Part shown: piece after piece, positions 1 through 7,013 of the stretch
Layout of the letters: every line of letters starts with the position of its first letter
How positions within the stretch are numbered: position 1 is the stretch's first letter
Origin: an uncultured Streptococcus sp.
GTDB taxonomy: Bacteria > Bacillota > Bacilli > Lactobacillales > Streptococcaceae
Length of the DNA: 44,834 bases
Direction of reading: 5' to 3'
Assembly: GCA_958445905.1 (NCBI GenBank)
Contig: CAUCUH010000001.1
Coordinates: forward strand, 1-44,834
Notes under the pieces: model-generated
Databases searched by the model: none
The model's input: only the letters and a program-made list of their open reading frames with translations
What the model was told of the DNA's origin: nothing
Program-made: the position numbers and the translations under genes

Positions 1-357
1 CTGGGTATGGTAGGTATGAATAACTGGAATCCGCAACTCGCGTCCAATCCACACTCCCAAAAGGCCCAGTGAAAACTCAGTCTGGGTATGGATAATATCC
101 AGCTGGTATTGCTTGGCAATGGCAAGCGCCTTTGAGAAGCCACGATAAGCAACGCGGCGGTCCTTAAAGGCGAAGAAAGGCACACTTGGAATCCGAATGA
201 TCTGCCAATCTTCATAGCGGTTGACATCTTTATCCGTTGTCGTAAAGATAAAGACCGTGTGTCCCAATTTTTCTAATTCTGTTTTGAGCGTCCGAATACT
301 GGTCGCTACTCCCGAAACTTGCGGGAAATAGGTATCTGTAAATAACCCTACACGCAT
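1..357 (-). CDS. GT4 glycosyltransferase, 1,2-diacylglycerol 3-glucosyltransferase-like (5' part; runs off the window)
   Basis: Manual translation from ATG at 357 gives MRVGLFTDTYFPQVSGVATSIRTLKTELEKLGHTVFIFTT...HTQTEFSLG...HTYHTQ, a typical MGlcDAG synthase N-terminus. It lies directly downstream of a second GT4 gene. Confidence 0.88.
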   Translation of the reverse strand, partial: MRVGLFTDTYFPQVSGVATSIRTLKTELEKLGHTVFIFTTTDKDVNRYEDWQIIRIPSVPFFAFKDRRVAYRGFSKALAIAKQYQLDIIHTQTEFSLGLLGVWIGRELRIPVIHTYHTQ

Positions 358-358
358 C

Positions 359-1357
359 TTACATCTCCAAAACTGTTTGATAGGCTTCGACCAATTGATA
401 AGCCACTAAGTCAATCGAACGACTTTCAGCGACCTTGTAGCCTGCCTCCCGCTTGTCTACTTGTCCGTTCAAGACCTTGTTCAAGGAATCCACAAATTCG
501 TCTACATTGTGGCACAATTCAGATGACGTCTCGTCGATCCAGCCATTGTATACGGGAATATCCCGCAAGACCGTGTGCTGATGACTGGCCAAGGCTTCCA
601 AAACAACGATTCCTTCTGTTTCTTCATAAGATGGGAAGAAGAAAGCATCTGAACCCGTCATAGCCCCTTGGAAGACTGCTCCCTTGAAGTAGCCAGGGAA
701 TTCCACATTACTCGGATGATCCTTTTCCACGATACGACGAATCTTACGCGGAATGATCCATTTGTTGATAGAACCTAGCCAAATAAAGCGAACATCCGGC
801 ATGCGACGGGCCACTTCTACGAAATCTTCAATCCCTTTGCGTTTAAAATAAAGCCCTGCACAGATGACAACCTTTTGGCCTTCTTGGATATTAAAATGCT
901 TTCGAAAGACCTCTTCTTTTTTCGGATCCTTCTTGTATTTTTCCAAATCAATTCCATTGGAGACCGCGATAATCGGTGTGGTCACCCCATAAGACTGAAT
1001 CAGGTGTTTAGAATATTCAGATGGCGTGATCACATAGTCTGCCTTTTGGTACATGTGAGCCAAATACTTTCCAAACAAGGGCGCAAAAAAGTTAGACCCG
1101 ATAAAGGAATTTTCAAAATCCTCACGGGTTGAATGGCCATGCATGATGACTTTCTTTCCACGACGCTTTGCTGCATGGAGCAAAAGGAAACTCCGTGGGC
1201 CATAGGTATTGATATGCACCACATCATAATCTCCTAAAATATCTGTCGTATACGGAATCCCAGCCAAATCAAGCGCATGCATTTGATGCTGCAAGGCTCG
1301 ACCAATTCCTGATTTTTGTAATACGGATTTTCCTTCTAAATACAGTAAAACTTTCAT
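359..1357 (-). CDS. GT4 glycosyltransferase (diglycosyl-diacylglycerol synthase-like)
   Basis: Starts MKVLLYLEG...SGIGRA and contains RKG and the FPSYEETEGIVVLEALA (E-x7-E) motif. Start placed at the ATG at 1357. Confidence 0.88.
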   Translation of the reverse strand: MKVLLYLEGKSVLQKSGIGRALQHQMHALDLAGIPYTTDILGDYDVVHINTYGPRSFLLLHAAKRRGKKVIMHGHSTREDFENSFIGSNFFAPLFGKYLAHMYQKADYVITPSEYSKHLIQSYGVTTPIIAVSNGIDLEKYKKDPKKEEVFRKHFNIQEGQKVVICAGLYFKRKGIEDFVEVARRMPDVRFIWLGSINKWIIPRKIRRIVEKDHPSNVEFPGYFKGAVFQGAMTGSDAFFFPSYEETEGIVVLEALASHQHTVLRDIPVYNGWIDETSSELCHNVDEFVDSLNKVLNGQVDKREAGYKVAESRSIDLVAYQLVEAYQTVLEM

Positions 1358-1415
1358 ACCTTCTATTATACCGAAATAAAGAGTGCCCAGCAAGTCTCTA
1401 CCTGTTTGCAGTATA

Positions 1416-1441
1416 AAAAAGAGGCTAGAACAGTTCTGTTC
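1416..1441 (+). repeat. 26-bp direct repeat, left copy (truncated terminator hairpin)
   Basis: AAAAAGAGGCTAGAACAGTTCTGTTC is identical to 2873-2898. Confidence 0.9.
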
Positions 1442-1459
1442 GAAATTTAAAATTCTATT

Positions 1460-2047
1460 TTATTTATATACGATATACAAAATCCAATTGCGATTCTGTT
1501 TTTCCTCAATTTTTGAAAAACCAATACTTGTTAGTAACTGACTAAATTCATGACTTGTACGATAATCTGTCATATGATAATGTATTTTTTCTTTTTCAGA
1601 AGCAATTATCAAAGTAGAATTGCTGGACAGGACTCTATAAACTTCTTGAAAACTCTTTTTTATATCCTTCCAAAAAATATGGGTCTGAATAGCAAATATT
1701 CTATCAAAATAGTTATTTTGATAAGGCATATTCTCCACATTTCCAATCTTAAGTTGGACACTACCTTTTCTTATGGAATCTGAATGAACACGTTGGGCAG
1801 TTCTATATGATTCCTTAGAAATATCAATACCATGAATCTCAAGATTTTTATTTAAAGCAAGAAGGTTCTTGATAGTACTCCCGCCACCGTAACCAATTTC
1901 TAAAATTCTATAATTATCTGAAATAGTAGTCTGTTTAATCGCCCAAAGACTAAGTTTTTTAAAATAGAATGACCATATTTTTGTGATGACTCTACCAATA
2001 AGACCACTAGGTTTTTGAGACTGCTTAATAAGAAATTCAGTTAACAT
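1460..2047 (-). CDS. Class I SAM-dependent methyltransferase
   Basis: Motif I ILEIGYGGG, GIDIS, and MPYQNNYFD. AT-rich sequence. Confidence 0.85.
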   Translation of the reverse strand: MLTEFLIKQSQKPSGLIGRVITKIWSFYFKKLSLWAIKQTTISDNYRILEIGYGGGSTIKNLLALNKNLEIHGIDISKESYRTAQRVHSDSIRKGSVQLKIGNVENMPYQNNYFDRIFAIQTHIFWKDIKKSFQEVYRVLSSNSTLIIASEKEKIHYHMTDYRTSHEFSQLLTSIGFSKIEEKQNRNWILYIVYK

Positions 2048-2070
2048 TAAATATCTTCCCTCAATTATTA

Positions 2071-2106
2071 TAAGTTTGAAATATCATTAATTATATTTCA
2101 AACTTA
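2071..2106. promoter_or_regulatory. Putative TetR operator 1 (perfect 14-bp inverted repeat; core TGAAAT-N12-ATTTCA)
   Basis: TAAGTTTGAAATAT-N8-ATATTTCAAACTTA in the divergent intergenic region. Confidence 0.6.
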
Positions 2107-2142
2107 ATTGTATTGTAAATATCAGATATCGTCAAGAATTAA

Positions 2143-2166
2143 TGAAATAATCTGAGATAAATTTCA
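2143..2166. promoter_or_regulatory. Putative TetR operator 2 (TGAAAT-N12-ATTTCA)
   Basis: Same core and spacing as 2077-2100; lies just upstream of the extended -10 (TGcTATAAT) of the TetR gene. Confidence 0.55.
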
Positions 2167-2203
2167 AAGTTGTGCTATAATTGATATCAAATGGAGTGTT
2201 CAA

Positions 2204-2794
2204 ATGAATCAATATCAAAAAACAACAGAAAAAAAGAAGCAAGCTATTATTCAGTCTGCTCTTTCTTTATTTAAAGAAAAAGGGTTTAAAGAAACAAGTA
2301 TACAATCAATTGCAAAAGTCGCAGAAGTTTCTCCTGTGTCAATCTACAATTACTTTGATAAGAAAGATAATTTAGTAGCTTTATGTATTAATGAATTGTT
2401 TAAAGACATCATACAAGAAGCTGAAAACATTCTACTCAGTAATATAGATTATAAATCAAAATTAAATCAAGCCTTAGCTTTATGTCAGAAAAAAATAAGC
2501 CAACAGATTTCTAACTACTTTCAAGAAAAAACGTTAGAGGATCCTACTTTTACGAAACTTATGACAAAAGCGATAGATGAGAAAAAGCGTGAAATATATC
2601 GTGCATATATTGAGCTAGGTAAAAATGAAAATATAATTGCTAAAGATTTGTCAACAGAGGTTATTTTAAACGTCATGAGTGCTCTCAATAGCACAGGAAA
2701 TCATCTATCTCCAAATAAAAACATAGAAGACGAAACAAAACAAATTCATCATATTTTGTTGTATGGTATTTTAACAAACTCTAGAACGATTTAA
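2204..2794 (+). CDS. TetR/AcrR family transcriptional regulator
   Basis: N-terminal HTH LFKEKGFKETSIQSIAKVAEVSPVSIYNYF. AT-rich sequence. Confidence 0.9.
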   Translation: MNQYQKTTEKKKQAIIQSALSLFKEKGFKETSIQSIAKVAEVSPVSIYNYFDKKDNLVALCINELFKDIIQEAENILLSNIDYKSKLNQALALCQKKISQQISNYFQEKTLEDPTFTKLMTKAIDEKKREIYRAYIELGKNENIIAKDLSTEVILNVMSALNSTGNHLSPNKNIEDETKQIHHILLYGILTNSRTI

Positions 2795-2872
2795 TTGTAA
2801 CTTACACATCAATATTTGAACCAACACTCATTCAATTTCACTTCATCATTACTTATGATTAATGACACATAT

Positions 2873-2907
2873 AAAAAGAGGCTAGAACAGTTCTGTTCTA
2901 GCCTCTT
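2873..2907. terminator. Intrinsic terminator between TetR and ccpA; contains the right copy of the 26-bp direct repeat
   Basis: AAAAAGAGGCTAGAACAG-TT-CTGTTCTAGCCTCTT hairpin with a U-tract on the minus strand. Confidence 0.8.
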
Positions 2908-2955
2908 AGACTAGTAGACACGTCTTCCCATGTCGAGACTCTAGTCTACTAATCC

Positions 2956-3960
2956 TTATTTTTTGGTCGTTCCACGTTGGTTGATCGTATGAGACAACAG
3001 TACTTCGCGTTCTTCCAACTCTTCTTTGTGCATGATCTTGGTCAACATGCGCATACTGATCGCACCAAGGTCATACAAAGGTTGGCCAATCGTTGATAGA
3101 TTTGGACGCGTATAACGAGTTACTTGTGAATCATCACTGGTGATAATTTCAAAGTCTTCTGGTACCTTGATCCCCTTATCAGACAAGCCGTTCAAGAGAC
3201 CTGCAGCCAATTCATCCCCTGTTACAAAGGCAGCTGTTGCTTTGGATGCAATGATGCGTTCTGCCAAGTTATAACCTTCATCGTACCGGTACTTGGATTC
3301 AAACACAAGTCCTTCGCTATAGCTCAATTTTTTCACTTTCAAAGCTTCTTTGTAGCCTGTCAAACGAATTTTTCCATTGATATCATCCACCAATGGGCCA
3401 CTTACAAAAGCAATTTTCTTGTTGTGTTTTGCCAACTGTGTAACAGCATCAACGGTTGCTTGCTTGTAGTCGATATTGACACTTGGTAATTGGTGTTCAA
3501 CATCCACTGTCCCAGCAAGGACAACTGGCGTCCGAGAGCGTGAAAATTCTGAGCGAATCTTTTCAGTCAAGTGATAACCCATGAAAATGATCCCATCCAC
3601 TTGTTTTGAAAAGAGGTTGTTTACCACTGAAACTTCTTTGTCATCGTCTTCATCACTATTTGCAAGAACAATATTGTACTTGTACATTTCAGCAATGTCA
3701 TCGATCCCCTTAGCCAATGTAGAGAAATAGCTATTCGTGATGTTTGGAATCACAACACCGACTGTTGTTGTTTTCTTGCTAGCAAGACCACGCGCAACAG
3801 CATTTGGACGATAATCCAAGCGTTCGATCACTTCTAAAACTTTTTTACGTGTATTTTCTTTAACGTTTTTATTCCCATTTACTACACGACTAACGGTTGC
3901 CATTGAAACCCCTGCTTCACGGGCGACATCATAAATTGTTACTGTATCGTCTGTATTCAT
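2956..3960 (-). CDS. ccpA: Catabolite control protein A
   Basis: MNTDDTVTIYDVAREAGVSMATVSRVVNG is the LacI-family CcpA N-terminus; divergent from pepQ. Confidence 0.97.
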   Translation of the reverse strand: MNTDDTVTIYDVAREAGVSMATVSRVVNGNKNVKENTRKKVLEVIERLDYRPNAVARGLASKKTTTVGVVIPNITNSYFSTLAKGIDDIAEMYKYNIVLANSDEDDDKEVSVVNNLFSKQVDGIIFMGYHLTEKIRSEFSRSRTPVVLAGTVDVEHQLPSVNIDYKQATVDAVTQLAKHNKKIAFVSGPLVDDINGKIRLTGYKEALKVKKLSYSEGLVFESKYRYDEGYNLAERIIASKATAAFVTGDELAAGLLNGLSDKGIKVPEDFEIITSDDSQVTRYTRPNLSTIGQPLYDLGAISMRMLTKIMHKEELEEREVLLSHTINQRGTTKK

Positions 3961-4024
3961 AAGATTTCCTTTCATTGTTGAAAATTTCGTTTTCACTCTC
4001 TAATTAATCCTATTTTATCACTTA

Positions 4025-4040
4025 TTGTAAACACTTTCAA
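4025..4040. promoter_or_regulatory. cre site (CcpA operator) in the ccpA-pepQ intergenic region
   Basis: TTGAAAGTGTTTACAA on the minus strand is close to the cre consensus TGWAARCGYTWNCA. Confidence 0.65.
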
Positions 4041-4120
4041 GCGTTTTGGTAAAATTTTGTAAACTCTTGCTTTTTTGGGGAAAATTTGACAAAATAGATC
4101 CATAGAAAGAAGGTAGCATT

Positions 4121-5203
4121 ATGTCTAAATTAGATCAAATCGTCGATTTTCTTGAAACTGAAAAAACAGATGTCGCTGTTGTATCCGATCCTGTCACCAT
4201 CAATTACCTGACTGGATTTTACAGTGATCCCCACGAACGTCAACTCTTCTTGTTCGTTTACACAGACCACGAACCACTTCTCTTCGTTCCTGCACTTGAA
4301 GTGGAACGGGCGACTGCAGTTGTTGATTTCCAAGTGGTTGGCTATGTGGATTCTGAAAACCCATGGGAAAAGATTAAAGGGGCTATCGCAAAACCCGATG
4401 CCAAAACCGTTGCACTTGAATATGATAACTTGATCCTTACCAAATACAATGGCTTGCGCACTGTCTTTGAAAAGGCTCAATTCACCAACTTGACACCACG
4501 GATTAACCGGATGCGCTTGATCAAATCTGCTGATGAGATCCAAAAAATGTTGGTGGCTGGTCAATATGCAGATAAGGCTGTCAATATGGGATTCGACGCC
4601 ATCTCACTGGATAAAACAGAAACTGATATCGTAGCAGAAATCGACTTCGGTATCAAACGCTTGGGTTATGAAATGAGCTTTGAAACCATGGTCTTGACTG
4701 GAAATAATGCAGCCAACCCACACGGAATTCCTGGAAGCAACAAAGTCGAAAACGATGCTCTCTTACTCTTTGACCTTGGCTGTATGGTGAATGGTTATGC
4801 GTCAGATATGACTCGTACTGTTGCTGTTGGGAAACCAGATGATTTCAAAAAAGAAATCTACCACTTGACTTTAGAAGCTCAACAAGCAGCCATTGACATG
4901 ATCAAACCAGGTGTAACAGCACATGACGTAGACCGTGCTGCACGGAGCGTCATCGAAAAAGCTGGCTATGGTGAATACTTCAACCACCGCCTCGGACACG
5001 GGATCGGAATGGACGTGCATGAATTCCCTTCTATTATGGAAGGAAATGACATGGTGCTTGAAGAAGGCATGTGCTTCTCAGTTGAACCAGGAATCTATAT
5101 TCCAGGTAAAGTCGGTGTCCGTATCGAAGATTGTGGGTACGTCACAAAAGACGGATTTGGACTCTTCACTGAAACCAGCAAAGACTTACTTTACTTTGAC
5201 TAA
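4121..5203 (+). CDS. pepQ: Xaa-Pro dipeptidase (M24)
   Basis: HRLGHGIGMDVHE, EPGIY and GVRIED motifs; conserved linkage with ccpA. Confidence 0.95.
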   Translation: MSKLDQIVDFLETEKTDVAVVSDPVTINYLTGFYSDPHERQLFLFVYTDHEPLLFVPALEVERATAVVDFQVVGYVDSENPWEKIKGAIAKPDAKTVALEYDNLILTKYNGLRTVFEKAQFTNLTPRINRMRLIKSADEIQKMLVAGQYADKAVNMGFDAISLDKTETDIVAEIDFGIKRLGYEMSFETMVLTGNNAANPHGIPGSNKVENDALLLFDLGCMVNGYASDMTRTVAVGKPDDFKKEIYHLTLEAQQAAIDMIKPGVTAHDVDRAARSVIEKAGYGEYFNHRLGHGIGMDVHEFPSIMEGNDMVLEEGMCFSVEPGIYIPGKVGVRIEDCGYVTKDGFGLFTETSKDLLYFD

Positions 5204-5261
5204 TCCTTTAGTCGTTTCAATATATAACAAACATCTTGTTTCGTTAATAACTATAAAAAAT

Positions 5262-5436
5262 GAGGCTGGGACAAAAGTCCTAGCCTCTTAATTATTTTTG
5301 GATTGTCGAGCAAAACGCAGTGGTTGAGTGGGCTCTACTACGCTGATTTCATCAGCTTTTACAGCCCTACTCAACTGTGCGGAGGTGGGACGACGAAATC
5401 GAATTCTAACGAATTACCGATTTCTGTCCCACTCTC
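5262..5436 (+). repeat. 175-bp MITE-like intergenic repeat, family 1 copy 1
   Basis: Near-identical to 11971-12145 (inverted) and 35788-35962. Imperfect terminal inverted repeats GAGGCTGGGACA / TGTCCCACTCTC. Confidence 0.92.
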
Positions 5437-5443
5437 TTTTTTC

Positions 5444-5893
5444 TTATGAAACCGATTCGAGTTTCATTCTTTTCTGCGTATCTTCTACGACGTCTTTTAA
5501 AGTGGTTTGAGACATTTCTTTTTCCATAGCAGTCTGAATGTCCTCAAGCTTCCCATCTAAAACATTGTGGATATTGTGGCCAATTGGGCAGGCTGGATTT
5601 GGATTGTCATGAAAACCAAATAATTGACCTGTCGAACCTAAACATTCTACTGCTTGATAGATATCCAGCAAACTGATCTCATCGGCTGCTTTTGCGAGCT
5701 CAGCTCCGCCTGTCCCACGCGCTACATGGATCAATCCAGCTTTCTTCAACTGAGACAAGGTCTTTCGAATAATAACAGGGTTCACGCCGACACTTCCTGC
5801 CAAAAAATCACTGGTTACTTTTGTTTTTTCTCCTTGTAGAGCAATCATGATCAAGACATGAGTCCCAATGGTAAAGCGACTCGAAATTTGCAT
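5444..5893 (-). CDS. sifR: Rrf2 family transcriptional regulator, SifR/YwnA-like quinone sensor
   Basis: MQISSRFTIGTH...VNPVIIRK...RGTGG...AVECLG...FHDNPNPACPIG, with two Cys positioned as in pneumococcal SifR (from recall). RBS AAAGGAG before the ATG at 5893. Confidence 0.8.
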   Translation of the reverse strand: MQISSRFTIGTHVLIMIALQGEKTKVTSDFLAGSVGVNPVIIRKTLSQLKKAGLIHVARGTGGAELAKAADEISLLDIYQAVECLGSTGQLFGFHDNPNPACPIGHNIHNVLDGKLEDIQTAMEKEMSQTTLKDVVEDTQKRMKLESVS

Positions 5894-5969
5894 AACTTCA
5901 CTCCTTTCTACCCGTTTTTGAAGGTAGAGTCTATTGAACAACCGTCAAGGGACGACTTTCGTTATTCCT

Positions 5970-6005
5970 ATTATACTCTTTTCAGTTGTAATGTCAACAG
6001 TTACA
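5970..6005 (-). promoter_or_regulatory. Promoter TTGACA-N16-TATAAT overlapped by the operator TGTAA-N9-TTACA (5987-6005)
   Basis: Read directly from the sequence; the palindrome matches the Rrf2 SifR/HypR-type operator. Confidence 0.75.
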
Positions 6006-6848
6006 CTATTGGAAGAAGTCCTCTAGCCAAGCATCGATTTCTCGATCATGACCTTCTCTCTGCTCAATCTCATGAAGAAGCTCATGATTGTGGGTATGAT
6101 GAATGCCATTGACCAAACTTTCATAATACACTTGGTAATAAGGAAGATGGAGGTCTTTTGCAAGTTTCAGTTCTTTTTGGACATCATAGTCCACCCGTCT
6201 AAAATCTACATCTTTTAACCCCATTTGATCAAATTCAAGAATAGCATACATGGCCCGAAGGTCCTTGCGAAGATTCTTTTCCAAAAAGAAAGGTTGACCG
6301 ATCGATCCAGGATTGATAATCAGTTCTCCTCCTGTCCCGTAGCGGAAAAACTGCTGGTGAATGTGTCCGTAGACTGCGATATCACAAGACGGGTTTGTCA
6401 CCAAACGATCAAAATCCTTCTGCTCACCAATGTGGATCAATTCGCGACCCCAATTCTTATCAGGTAAGTGGTGGGTAATGCCGATCTTTAAACCTGCGAT
6501 TTCTCTATGGACCTGCATGGGCGTTTTCTGCATGTCTTCAATTTCCTGGGGCGTGATTTCTTCAAGAATATATTGACACTGGCGCATGAGGTAGCGATGA
6601 CTGGGTCTGGTCTCATCCAACATCCCCCTCATAGCCCGCCAAAGACTATCCTCCCAGTTCCCAAGGACTTTGACCGTAATCGGTAACTCCTCTAACAGCT
6701 CCAAGAGGTCCCGTCTCCCTGTCCCTGGCATCAAACTATCTCCCAAGAGCCAATATTCATCCACCTTGGCTTTTCGACTATCCTCTAGGACAGCTTCCAA
6801 TGCTGTCGTATTTCCATGAATATCTGAAAGTAAAGCAATTTTAGTCAT
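6006..6848 (-). CDS. Metallophosphoesterase (calcineurin-like)
   Basis: SDIHGN, LGD, GNWE, GHIH and NPGSIGQP motifs. Confidence 0.9.
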   Translation of the reverse strand: MTKIALLSDIHGNTTALEAVLEDSRKAKVDEYWLLGDSLMPGTGRRDLLELLEELPITVKVLGNWEDSLWRAMRGMLDETRPSHRYLMRQCQYILEEITPQEIEDMQKTPMQVHREIAGLKIGITHHLPDKNWGRELIHIGEQKDFDRLVTNPSCDIAVYGHIHQQFFRYGTGGELIINPGSIGQPFFLEKNLRKDLRAMYAILEFDQMGLKDVDFRRVDYDVQKELKLAKDLHLPYYQVYYESLVNGIHHTHNHELLHEIEQREGHDREIDAWLEDFFQ

Positions 6849-7013
6849 GATCTTCTCCTTCTCTCCATTATAACAAAGAGAAGAAAAACTTCCACCCTAA
6901 GGTGAAAGTTTTATGAACATTCCATGCTACCAGAAATGAAAACTCAGGCTAGAAGCGGAAGCTTCGTCGTTGGATTTATCTTTTTCCAAAGAGTTGCTTA
7001 ACGGCTTTGTATC

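Noticed and set aside
2907..2952. Alternative hairpins (TAGACTAG/CTAGTCTA; TAGTAGAC/GTCTACTA) in the ccpA 3' UTR
   Set aside because: Short 8-bp stems in a single copy; no evidence of function beyond 3' UTR structure.
5328..5510. Short ORFs inside the repeats (5328-5510, 11901-12104, 13172-13390, 43809-43994)
   Set aside because: They are translations of the repeat elements, with no RBS and inconsistent ends between copies.
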